From the NCBI RefSeq assembly GCF_006345805.1, contig NC_043010.1, positions 49,662,001 to 49,726,000 of the forward strand: 64,000 bases of DNA, in the 5' to 3' direction. Source of the DNA: Octopus sinensis (lineage: Eukaryota). The notes under the pieces were generated by a model that was not told where the DNA came from, made no database searches, and saw only the letters and a list, made by a program, of their open reading frames with translations. This document shows positions 38,727 through 51,539 of the stretch, in pieces; positions within the stretch are counted from its first letter, which is position 1, and each line of letters opens with the position of its first letter. The translations under genes were made by a program, and so were the position numbers.

Positions 38727-39621
38727 TATGTGGTCTGATTAATAAGTATCCGGACTGTTGCCATAGTAATGAAGCTAAAGAACACAGATTGAAGCCACTT
38801 GGCACAGATTGACCCTGAACTCTGCTCTGCATGTGCACTAAGTTTCAATGGTCTAGCTCACATCTGCTGTTTATAGCAGTGTTTGGAAGGAAGGTATGTA
38901 CTGTGTAATTGTCACATTGACCAAGTTAGTGAAAGTTGTGTAGAGAATCTGCATCAGATTTTGCCAAAAGCTTGGTGGTACCTACTCAGAAGCCTATGCA
39001 AAGTTTTCAAAAAGTTTTCATTGTTCTTGACACAGTCAAGGAGATCTTGTGCAACTGAAACCCAAGTTCTTTTTGGTCAGCTGAAAGCAGTTTTGGCACA
39101 AATTTGGCAGACATGCGTCTCATACCCAAATCTTTAGTGATAATGGACCGAACAGAACCATAACTAATCTGCACATTCTCTGATAACTCAGGGATGGTAA
39201 TTCGACGATTTCCTCTCACAGCTGCACACACATCTGTGATGCTTTTCTCAGTTCTGCTGGTTGTGGGTCTCTCAGAATGTTTGTCGATATCAACATTTTT
39301 ACGGCCAGCTTGAAAACATCTGAACCACTCATACACATGTGTGGCTCATACACTCCTCTCCATACCCTTCCTGCAACTTTACATTGGCCTCTGAGTAGGT
39401 ATCGCCTTGACAACTTTCTCTGTCATCGTCAATGCAATGATCACACACTACACACCTTCCTTCCAAGCACTGCTGTAAACAGTGGAAGTGAGCTACAATG
39501 TTAAAACATAGTGTACACACACAGCAGAGTTCAAGATCAGTCTTTGCCAAGCAGCTTTATTCTGTGTACTTTAGCTTCATTACTATGGCAACAATCCGGA
39601 TACTTATTGATCTATCTCGTA
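38727..39621. mobile_element. Mariner fold-back: two 5' ends facing inward (+ 38729-39005; - 39005-39619 with HTH-coding region)
   Basis: Both ends TA-flanked with ...ATCAATAAGTATCCGGA.TG-type TIRs. Minus strand encodes YEWFRCFQAGR...RPTTSRT...RGNRRITIPELS...ISYGSVRSIITKDLGMRRMSAKFVPKLL, truncated before the first catalytic Asp. Confidence 0.85.
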
Positions 39622-41889
39622 GACACACACACACACACACCATTATTTCATCAATTATAATTATCCCATCCAATACCTTTTACATTTGATATTCTTTTTC
39701 ATTTCAGTCATTTAATTCCCTCCTATCTACATTTGCAAATCTAGTTAAGCATTAATTTCACATAACAAAGTGAGTACAGTTTCATGCCAGACATCATAGA
39801 AACTGTTCTTCCATTGACTGCCTTCAGTTTACTTAGCTTCAATTTCATACTACCTACACTAACTGAGACATTATGAAGTTATTATTTGCTATGAGATATT
39901 TCTCTTTGTGTTTTATAGAACATTTATTTATATATTTTTTGCTTGTCTATTTGTTTAATTTGTATGCAGATAATAGAATCACAGCCCATTTAGAGTTCTA
40001 TATCTTAACCTTCAAGATCCTGTCATTCATTTTCTTTGTTAACTTATATCATTTTTCAATAACTTTCAGCTAAAAAGTAATTCAAAACCACTTTGTACTA
40101 GTTTATCCCTTAGCAACAAATAGCCGTGAGTAGAAAGGAGAAAGATGATGGCTTGAGAGAATAGCTGCTATCAATTCTCGTTCAAAGTAGTAAACAGTGC
40201 TAAACACTAACATTAACAACACTAAAGATACTGTCAGAACTTGAAAGGATTAAAGTGGCTTGTGATTTAAAAAAGAAGCAACAAAACGGTGGGATGGTAG
40301 GAAGAGTTTAGTGATGCAAATAATCTGGCATGTGTAATACAATCTTTAAGAAAGCAGTAATTGTTGGCAGGTATTCACAAGAACATGGTTTCATGAATAA
40401 CCTTTTATCTTAAAGGGCTTATCAATTGTCATAGAGAAAAATCTTAAGTTGTACGCTTTTGAAATCAGTGAAATCAGTTAAGTTTAACAGCCATGTTTCA
40501 ACTGGTTGTGCCGAAACAAAAATTGTGATCATGTTGTTATGCACACACATTCCAGACAACCAACACAAGCTGTGAAAAACGAATAAAATAGCACTGTCAT
40601 AAGATTTGCTAGTCGTTAATTAACATGTGAGTGAAACTGACAGCAGTTTTTACTACTTTAGCATATAATATAATATTGATCTGCTAACAAAAGAGACCAA
40701 GTACTGTTTTAAAAACACAGCTACTACTACTATAGTATATAACTTTCATTCACCCATCTATACAACCAAAAATGGATTTGTGGCTACTAGAGGTTGAGTT
40801 CAGCCCCTAGTGAAGCTCCTTTTATAGTCCTGAATACTTGTACATTGTATTGCCTACTCTTGTATTTCTAAATGAAAGATAGATTCATAGGTCTTATAAT
40901 AGTTTAAGCAGAAGGTAGAAGCAAACATCCCTGATTTTTGTATGATCCCCCCCCCACTTCCAGAAGTGAGAGGAAGGAATTACATGGATTTCTGTAGCAG
41001 AATGAAATCTCCTAAAGGTACCCAAGGAGCTTAAAAGTGATATCAAATCAGCAACACTAATTAGGTCACCTGGTCTGCCACTCATTTTCCTCTCCCTGCA
41101 ATTATTCAACTTGTTCCATTTACATCATTGAGTAGTTTCTTTTACTAAAATTACACATTTGCAAAATTACATATGCAAAAATATGCAAATTCTCAAAATT
41201 GTGCCTCTGATGAGAATACAGGAAAACTCAGATTAAAATTATACAAATATAATGGCCAACAAGTGAGATATTAAAAGATATAGTGATCTCTTCAAACTTC
41301 AACACATTTAAATTAGAGGTACCCTTACTTATCGGTTTGATGAAATAACTTCTACCATTGTGAATATTCTTCAAAATGATCCAACAAGTGGTTGTTCCGT
41401 GTGTGTATGTAACACAGGTTTTGAATCAGTGTTTTTAGATAGAAAGTAGGTTGGTCCAATGCAGTATTATGATGGCCTTGTGAATAAGGTATTGACCATA
41501 GTTGTACTCTTTTGATTTATCATTGCTATGTTATAGCTTCATATTGGTGTTTAATCCCCAAGTAAACTTTAATCAGTCAAATTTATGTTCTAGAAGATTG
41601 TTGATAGCATAAATGAAGAGGTGTTTGTGTCTCCTTGTTTTGACATCGTGTGATAGTCGTAACTGATTGTCACTATGTTACATGGCTAGGCATAGGTGCA
41701 GCTTTTTGGTAAGATGGTTGTTTCTCAACCACATGGTTTTGTGTTCAGTACCACTGTGTGGCACCTTGGGGAAGTGTCTTCTGCTATACAATACCTTATA
41801 TATAGATTTGGTAGATGGAAACAAAGAAACCTGAAATAATATATTTCTAAATCAGAGAGATTTATGCCACAGCAACACGATAATGTGAG

Positions 41890-42036
41890 AGCATGTTGTC
41901 AACTTAATGTGACGGTCTCATAAAAGAGAAGAATGCTACTGTTATTTAGTCTAGGAAACACTGGTGTTTCCTAGGGCTAAATAACAGTAGCATTCTTCCC
42001 TTTTATGGGACTGTCACATTAAGTTGACAACATGCT
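41890..42036. repeat. ~72-bp-arm near-perfect inverted repeat (hairpin)
   Basis: Arms 41890-41961 and 41964-42036 differ by 4 substitutions and 1 indel. Confidence 0.95.
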
Positions 42037-42353
42037 AACATTTTAGGAAGAAACCTGTCGTATATATATATATGCATGCATGTGTTTGTGCCTCCTTGTC
42101 TTGACATCATGTGTTAATTGTAACTGATTGTCTCTATGATACAAGCTACATCATTCATTTCCAATATTCTGCCAGAACATCTCTAGCCATGGCAAAGCAT
42201 TACCTTGCTTGGGAATAGGTGAGGGTTGGCAATAGGTAGAATATCTGGCTGAGGAAAATCTGCCTTGATAAAACTCCATCCAACCCATGGAAAAAGAGAG
42301 ATTAAAATGATGATGATGATACATTTATATGTAACAATAATGTAGTTTCAGGT

Positions 42354-42576
42354 TTAACCCTTTAGTATTCAGATTACTCTGTCAAGTGTAATCTTTATTC
42401 ACATTGTTTTGAATTAATCATGCATTATCTTGTAGCTTTGAGATTTTGATGATGCGATTGTTATTTTTAGGATGACATTGTAGGGTAGATGTAAGAGGCC
42501 TCACCTAGTTAGATTGAACATAGAATAGGTAGAATATTTTGGCTGTATATTGCCGGATTGACTGCTAAAGGGTTAA
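42354..42576 (+). mobile_element. piggyBac-like MITE (family D), best-preserved copy
   Basis: TTAA-CCCTTT...AAAGGG-TTAA termini. Confidence 0.75.
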
Positions 42577-44789
42577 GATCACTTTGTAGCCTTAAGTAGA
42601 ATGAAATTAGGTGGACTGAAGTTATATGGAAGCTTGTTTGAGGTCTGTGTGTATATATGTATCAACATAAGAAGAGAACTCTACACTTGAACAAAAACAT
42701 CTCACAGAATTAATGATTGACTGAATAAACCCCCTTTATGTGAATGTCTCCTTAGCATTCTATATCTGACAAAGTATCAGAAAACATACTAGGGTCAATA
42801 GAAAACATTCAAAAGTGGTGGGTACCACAGCATTGCCACAATTCAGAAATTGAAACCACTGAAAAAAAAAAAAAAAAGAAAGAAAAAACTATATCTAAAC
42901 AGTTTAAAACAACTCTGTGCATATAATTCGTTTGCACTAACAAAATTTAAATGGCACAATTTTTTTGACATCTTTGAAAAATGTCTTTTCCACCGCTACT
43001 TTAAATATTTAAAGGCGCTTTAGAATACTTTGTTTATTTCAACTCACCGTGTCTCTGTGTATTTAATGTTAAAATACAATTTGAGTTAAAGACAAAATTC
43101 TTTCTTCAAGTCATTGCTCACTGTCTTTTAATATGATTATACTGAAAATAATGTGATATATGTTGTGTCTGAATATAGTTTCTGTTCATAGATCTGATAT
43201 CATAAGCAGCTTGTCTGTTGTTCTACATGAAGAATAATTGTATATTCATGTTTACCTACATTTATTTTAGTGTCACTTACTTTGTGTGTGTTAGTGACTA
43301 TATATATATATAGAGAGAGAGATTATTGAGCTAATAGGATTGATACTTTATCAATATATTTACTAATGAAACTTCCAGTGATCACCACCTCCATTTGTTG
43401 GTTCCAGAATATATTTCCTTCACTTTAAAACAAAAGTACTTACATGTATTTCCAATGCAAAATCTCCTCAAGAGTTTTCTATTGACTCAGAACCTTTGTT
43501 AAACTTTTCCTGAAAAAGAATTGCCATATGAAACATGGAATTCAAAATGTACTTTCATTGTCTACCATTTCTCTCTTCTTTTGTTTTTGCTGCTGTTCCT
43601 ATTAGAACGTATTTATGTGCTTTCATAATATCCTCTGCTCAACCAAATTCCCTAACTACCATGCACAAATCTGTTGCTATTGATTTATTATGAAATTATT
43701 CTAATGAACTTTATATAACCTACAAATAATATTCTTTGATACTGCTTCACTAATGGTTTTATGTTCCATGTACAGCTGTATTGAATTCAACATAATTTCA
43801 TTTGGAAAAACACTGTAAATTTTTTACTTTCAATAACATAGATTTATTATTTTCATTTTCTATCTCATGCTGGCCACAGCTGAAGGAAGCAAAAATCATT
43901 GAAATACGTTAATGGCTTTTTTATTTCTTCATCCTTTCTGCGGAATGAGTGAGGTGGGGGAGAGAATGGTCCTGGTTGGTTAATTTCAATATGTTATCTG
44001 CTTTTTTCATATTTGGCAAATAATTTCAATGTTACATAAATGTAATTATTTATTCAGAAATATTTATTAACAATATTAAATTATATTAAAGCTGGAGAGG
44101 AAATATGAGCTGAATTACATGTCCTTAACTACTAGCTTTGTTAGGGGCACTGGATTTGCAGAAGCATTAGCATTTTGGTCAGTATGACTTGAGGTATTTG
44201 TTCTAGCTCTTTACATTCTGACTTCAAACACCACTGAAGTCAACTTACCTTTCATCCTTCTGGTGTCAGTAATATAAAGTACCAGTCAAATAATCAGAAT
44301 GAGAATTGATTGTTCTCGTCCACCAAATTTCTAGCCTTGTTCCCATAACATCAATTGAATGTCTATTTGTTTATTTATGTATTCTGTATATTTATTTTTG
44401 CTACTACGGTTTGCTTAACTTTTCAAAGTCTTTCATTTCACCTGTACTTTGATCAACTTTGAACTCCAATTAGTAACGCTTCTCTAGTTGTATAAAGATT
44501 AGAATATTTGCCCAGTTATGTGTGTTTTATTTCTCATGTATTGATATTTTTAATACTTTCAATATATGTTTAGTGCACATCAGACGCATGTACACAGATG
44601 TGTGACTAATTTATGCTAATACACAAGTTCTTAACGGAACACAAAGCCTGAAGGCAGGCTGGGCTGTTACTTAATTTGGTTGGTCTGTATAATCCATCAA
44701 GATCCGTTAAAACAAATCCATCTAATTGTGTGAAATTCATCTGAAATGTAAGGGTGTTAAAATTTCTGCAAAATCATTTAAATAAATGA

Positions 44790-45080
44790 ACTGAACTCAC
44801 TGCTTAATTTACTATAGAAAGAAAGGTTAAGTTAAGATTGTATCAGTAGCTGAATTGTTGGTGGAGAAGAAAGATGGAGAGTGGGTAAAATGTGTAGAAA
44901 ATGAGCAGAAGCTCTTTGAGAATTACTGAATTCAAAGGGCAGGTAGTAGTGATAGAGGAAGTAAAGCAACATTCCTGACGGGGGTTCGATAACAGTATAT
45001 TTAAATAGTCAATTTCTTAAAATGCAGTGGTATTGAAGTCAGCTTCATAAAATATGAAAAGGAATAATGGATCTTTGAAA
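44790..45080 (-). mobile_element. Degraded LINE endonuclease-domain fragment
   Basis: Minus strand resembles the LDL.LTS.P and PLG.SDH motifs of APE-type endonucleases. Confidence 0.45.
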
Positions 45081-45279
45081 GCTAGAAATATTTCCTGTTA
45101 CTGAGACGACTTAATCATCACCATACTAATACTAATAAGAATGACTTGCACAGTTTTTAAAGTCAGAGTTTAACCTTTTCATAACTGTATTTCACATGAA
45201 ATATACTCTTTGCTTTTCAATTAATTTTTGAACATAATCAAGAATTTCTAGGCTCCTCTTCCTCCTCATTAATATGGTG

Positions 45280-47215
45280 GGGTGGCAGAATTATTAGCAT
45301 GCCAGGTGAAATGCTTTGTGGTATTTTGTCTGCCGCTATGTTCTGAGTTCAAATTCAGCCGAGTTCGACTTTGTCTTTCATCCTTTCAGGGTCGATAAGT
45401 ACCTGTAAAACTCAGGGGTCTTTTAAACTGACTAGTCCCCTCCCCCAAAATTTCAGTAGAAAAGATTATTCTTCTTATTATTATTAAGGCAACATGCTGG
45501 CAGAATTGTTAGCACTCCAGGCAAAACGCTTAGCACACCAAGGTCAACTTTGCCTTTCATCCTTTTGGGATCAGTGAAATAACTACCAGTCAAGCACTAG
45601 GGTCGATGTAGAAGCCTTTTGCCTATAACAGAAAGGTTTCTTCTTCTTATTCCATTCAATGGTATTCTTTTATTCTTTCAGTCATTTGACTGCAGCCAAG
45701 CTGGAGCACTGCCTTTAGTCAAACAAATTGACCCCAGGACTTATTCTTTGTAAACCTAGCACTTATTCTATCAGTCTCTTTTGCCGAACCGCTAAGTTAT
45801 GGGGATGTAAACACGCCAGCATCGGTTGTCAAGTGATGTTGGGGGGACAAACAGACACACAAACATATACATACATACATTCATATATATATATGACAGG
45901 CTTCTTTCAGTTTCCGTCTACCAAATCCACTCACAAGGCCTTGGTTGGCCCGAGGCTATAGTAGAAGACACTTGCCCAAATTGCTACACAGCGGGATTGG
46001 ATCTGGAACCATGTGGTTGGTAAGCAAGCTACTTACCACACAGCCACTCCTGCGCCTATATTAAGTTAATATCATGAGGGATATTTGGCTCACAGTCATA
46101 GGGTTATGAGTTCAATTCCTGGTGGTACGTTGTATTCTTTGGATAGGGCACTTTATTTCATGTTGCCTCAGTCCACTCAGCTGGGGAAAATGTGTTGTAC
46201 CTGTAATTCCAAGAGCCATCCTTGCCACATTCTGTGTCGTACCGAATCGCCCTGAGAACTATGTTATGGGCATGCATGCCAATTTCACAAGAAGACTATA
46301 CTGTTGATTAGATCAACTGGTACCCTCATTGTTGTAACTGACAGAGTGCCAGTAAGCTGATATCATAAATAACACTTATCAAAAGGTCCTTATATAAAAT
46401 TATTAAGGAAGGTCTTATTTTGAATTTAAATACTTTAAAATAGGGGCTGTTTATATCAATAGATCAGTCAGTCTCTAGTGAGATGGTATCAAAAGAACTA
46501 AATAATCTCAAGTGAGCAAAACATAATAAAGTGGTTATTTGTCTACAGAATAGACGTAAGATTGAATTGCTATATCTTAGTTCTTTCTATAGAAAGAAAG
46601 AAAAAGAAAACATGACCATATTGTTTGGTTAAATGCCAAGAAAAACTGTAAAATAAACCAATTTAATCCAAAGTAAATCTAGTGTCGTGTCTTAATTCAT
46701 CTCCTGATACTTCTGTTAAATCTCTCTCTCTCTCTCTCACATAACATTGTATACAAGATTTTAAGACTCAATCATAGATTAATAATTGTTTCTGATTTAG
46801 GCACAAAGCCAGCAATTTTGCGATGGGGGTGTTAAGTTGATGCCTTTGACTCCAGAACTTGACTGATATTTTATTTTATTAACTCTGGAAAGATGAAAGG
46901 CAAAGTTGATGTTGGTGGGTGTTGAACTTGGAATGTAAAGCACTAGAACAAATATCAACAGACATTTTGTCCAACATCCAAATGACTCTGCCACTTCACC
47001 TTCCTATTAACAATGGTTTCAAATTTTTGCCATAAGACCAGCAATTTCAGGGAAACAAATCCCAGTGTTCAACTGGTATTATTTTATTGACTCCAAAAAG
47101 ATGAAAGCCAAAGTCGACCTTGGTGGAATTTGAACTCAGAATGTAAAGCTGGATGAAATGTCACTTAGCAATTTGCCCAGCGTGCTAATAATTCTGCCAC
47201 CTCACCACCCTATTA
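45280..47215. mobile_element. SINE cluster: family B (+ 45280-45620; - 46790-47215), family A (- 45664-46057) and another tRNA-like SINE (+ ~46070-46350)
   Basis: Family cores recognised as elsewhere in the window. Confidence 0.8.
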
Positions 47216-47320
47216 TTAATAATAATAATGACAATCTATTTTAATATAGGAGAGCATGAGTTAGATACATATTTTGTTTCCATTCTTTGTCTTTAATATT
47301 TAGAATTCAGAAGGTATGCA

Positions 47321-47744
47321 TTCTTTTACTTGTTTCAGTCATTATACTGTGACCATGCTAGGGCACTGCCTTGAAGAATTTTGGTCAAATGAATCAACCC
47401 TTTTATTTATTTATTTTTTCTTGTAAAGCCTGATAGTCATTCTATTGGTCCTTTTTGCTGAACCGCTAAGTTACAGGAATGTAAACACACCAACACTGAT
47501 TGTCAAGCAGTAGTGGGGGACAGACACAAAGACACACACACACATATATATAGGTGTGTGTATGTGCAGTTATATATGCATGATAGGCTTCTTTCAGTTT
47601 CCGTCTACCAAATCCACTCACAAGGCTTTGTTTGGCCCAAAGCTATTGCAGAAGACATTTGCCCAATGTGCCACGCAGTGGGACTGAACCTGGAACCATG
47701 TGGTTGGGAAGCAAACTTCTTACCACACAGTCACACCTGTGCAC
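47321..47744 (-). mobile_element. Family-A SINE
   Basis: Full architecture on the minus strand. Confidence 0.8.
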
Positions 47745-48684
47745 ATGTAATGTTTTCCCATCTCAAAGTTGGCTTGAGCAAATCATGAAAACCATGAATT
47801 CCCACTAACATTTCATGACTGTGTATTAAATGAAATGTGTTATTTAATCTGAATCTGTCTTCTTTGGATACAAAGCAAACACATGTCATTATGTAAAGCT
47901 AAGGTTAGGCAGAAGACCTCCTTTGCATTTAATATTTAAGAATTTCTTTTGGATTAAACTTAGATCTGAGCAATAAAAATAGAACTGTAAATGCCTGAGA
48001 AACGGAAAATAAAATGCTTCCCCCTCCCTTCCTTTGTTCCAGCTTGAATGTTTTATTTGCTTGTACAGCATTTACTGTGTCAGTTAGTAATTAAAATAAA
48101 CATTATTTACTTACAGAACAAATTTGTCAGTGGAATGTTTTGCTGCATAATGTTTATTATTTTCTGAATGAGGTTAATTGAATCTACTGTTTTAATTTTA
48201 TTTCATCAATTTTATTTTTGTTGTTGGTGTTATTTTTATCTGAAGTTATTTATTAATGGGAACTATTATGTGGAATTAAGTCGGATAAGTCTTCTATCTC
48301 TGTCTGATCTTACAGGTCATAAGCTATTGGTCTTTCTTCTTTTACTGGTGCTGTAGTGCATGTCCTATGCGTATGATGTTTATCTCTTCTAGATACAAAC
48401 GATATGAAATTCAGCTTGGAGACAGAGAGAAAATTAGTATTAAAGCATCAAACCAATCAATGACAGGCCTGTCGCCAGACTTTGGGGCCTGGGGTGCTTC
48501 AGAATATTCTTGGTGGGTGCTAATTAGTTTTGCGGGAAAATTTTTGTAAACTGTATTTTCTAAATCTGAGGGTGCACCATTGATTAGTGATGAGGATTTT
48601 TAGTGACATGAGTTCAAGATTCTGTGAAGGCTGCCCTACTGTTCTGTATTCATTTTATATAGTAGGATATATATATATATATGT

Positions 48685-48987
48685 GGAGGTGCAATGGCCT
48701 ATAGGTTAGGGCAGCGGACTCGCGGTTGGAGGATCGCGGTTTCAATTCCCAGACTGGGCGTTGTGTGTGTTTATTGAGCGAAAATACCTAAAGGCTCCAC
48801 GAGGCTTCGGCAGGGGGTGGTGATCCCTGCTGTACTCTTTCACACTCTTTCTCCCAGTCTTTCTTCTGTTGGCCTGCTCACTTAGCCAGCGGGGTGGCGT
48901 CATTCGAAAGCTAAAACAATGCGAACGCATTGTGACCAGCCTTGTGTAGCAACATCTGATGGTCTGGTCGGTCAAGTGATCACGTGA
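48685..48987 (+). mobile_element. Young tRNA-derived SINE of a distinct family (family E)
   Basis: A-box-like tggcctataggttagg, B-box-like ggtttcaattccc and CpG-rich body, between TA-repeat flanks. Confidence 0.8.
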
Positions 48988-48994
48988 TATATAT

Positions 48995-49025
<31 letters not shown>

Positions 49026-49337
49026 GTGTTGTCCCCAGATCTTTCTGCGAGCCGATGCAGAAGATATTAATATTATTATCCAAAATACACTCTCTGCAAA
49101 TTTCATACTATAAATATTATTTAGTTGTCTTAGAGCATTTTTTTTACAAATAGATTTCATAATTATAAAATCCTAAAGTTAGTGACACATTACAGTTGTA
49201 ATTCTATAACTCAGTTAATGGAACTCAATCAGAATATGATACTGGTAATGCCTTCGAAAAATTTCCATTCATCTCTTATGTGCCATGCTTACATAATGAT
49301 CATAAAATACTTGAAAATATGGTATTCATTTTCGTTC

Positions 49338-49368
<31 letters not shown>

Positions 49369-51318
49369 AGAATTAATTCATGAATATAACTTTTTTTTAT
49401 GCTCCTAATGAAATATATCAACTCTATTTTTTCTTTACAATCTAAGAATTGCAGATGTGCTAATTTATAAATTTCTCATTCATTAAGTTTACAGAATATT
49501 AGGATTTGTAGAAATCTTCACAATAAACTAACTCTATACTATGAAACTTGATTATAGCTGATACGAAATATAATTAAATTTGCATGGTATGATAAAAGTT
49601 GTAAAAATTTTTTTTTCGACATAAAAATTTATCTTTAGATGGTTCATCTATTTACAAATGGCTATAGAATATTATTCAGTTCCAATATTAACATCTTTTG
49701 TTATGAATTTCTGAAACGAAGTTACTTTGTGCAAGACATTTTGTAAACAACTTAAGTGTCAACAAGAACATAGTTATTGGTATTTTTACCTTATTTACAT
49801 GTTTTACTATGTTTGTATGAATCACAATTCATAATCACCAGCAAGCAGCATGCTGTATAGGTTAGATAGACCTGTCTACTCAAATTTCAATTGAGCCTAT
49901 CCTGCTAAAATCTTAACCTTGGTTGTGTCCTTATTGACACAGTTCTGCTTCTGTTGCTTCTATCACAAACAATCCTTTATACTGACTGTATAAAAGCAAT
50001 GCTTTTAATACATTATTCTGTATCTCATACAAGGTAATGTTGCATATCCTCCCCTCTAAAAAAACAAATAAATAAAGCATAGTTTGTCCTCAACTAACAA
50101 ACAAAAAAAATAGCTTGTCATTTACATCCACTATCTACATGTAACTTCCATACATGTTTTAGAAGCTTCTTTGTTGATATGTGTTTGTGGTAGGGACTTC
50201 TTAGCTCAAGTTGATATAGACAATAGCTATGTTTTAATAAGCCTTCTGATATCTGATTGTTTTGTTGAGAGTAAAAAACTGTTAAGTGGAAAACTTAACA
50301 ATTTTCCAAGAAAGATGTTTTCATAAGTACAATGCACTTGACTTATTGAGGATGATATGGTGTTATGTTTGTATTAATGAATAAATAAATGATTTTTGTG
50401 TGAATATTCCAAAATATTTATCTCTTAATGACTCTGTCTCCGTTTAAAGCAAAAGTTTCATTTTATCTTGGCAGTAGGCAAATTTATTTGAAATCTTTGC
50501 CTGTTTTATTTTGACCATCTTGACCATCTTTCTTTTTTTCATCATCATCATCTTCGTTTAATGTCCGCTTTCCATGCTAGCATGGGTTGGACGATTTTGA
50601 CTGAGGGCTGGTGAACCAGATGGCTGCACCAGGCTCATTTTAAAAGATAAAATATCAGATATTTTAAATTGTCATTTTATGACTTGACTTCTTGTACATT
50701 TTAGTACATTCTTTTGTTTCTATAATTCAGCATGTACTCTATAAGATCATAGAATTAAAGCTTTTCTAGGTTAATCAAAGCAATTTAGATTTAACGCACA
50801 ATACTGATTATAAACTAATGCTTTAAACTAATTATGGATGTAGGCGTGTCTTAATTAATAATCTTTAGAGAGGAAGAGCTTTTGGCTTTATCTAGCAGCT
50901 GATTTCTCCACTACATGTTGGAAAGCAATTTCAAAACATCTGAATATAATTTACAGCTCCCTAAATTTTATTCCCACGAATTCAAAGGAAATAAAATATA
51001 ACTATTGAATTATCTACAACTTAGATCATTGTTCCTTAAAATAAACAGAAAATGAGAAGTAAGCAAATTGCAACCACTTGTACAGGCATGCAGTATTACA
51101 GCAAAAATTTATTTAGAGACTCAAAGAGCTGAACTTGAATTGCTAGACTTCTAATCACATGGCAATTCACATCTTACATTCATTATGTTTTACTCTCGGG
51201 CAAAGTACATAACTCTTCTTTCCCTTCTCTGTGTATTTGACATCAGATATGAAATAAGAGTTTGACAGACTAGTTTACATTGGTAAGCTACAAGACAAAT
51301 TTTCCAGCAATATGTACA

Positions 51319-51539
51319 TACAAAGGGGTGCTGAAAAGTTCCTGGCTTTGAGTAAAAGAAAATACAGGAGGATCAGTTAATTATGATTTTATTGAACGTA
51401 TTCCCCTCTCAAATTCACCGACTTATTGCAGCAGTCCTTCAGTTTTTCTAAGCCCTGTAAAAGAACTTGGAAGGCTGGGCCTCCAACTTGGCCTTTCACG
51501 ATACCCTGAAAGCCAGAAGGTTTTCAGCACCTCTTCGTA
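51319..51539. mobile_element. Mariner-type MITE, second copy of the 2936-3140 family
   Basis: TA-flanked, with the same TIRs and interior. Confidence 0.85.

Noticed and set aside
48685-48760. tRNA-like sequence
   Set aside because: A SINE head with A/B boxes, no complete cloverleaf, continuing into the SINE body. No true tRNA or rRNA gene was found in the window.
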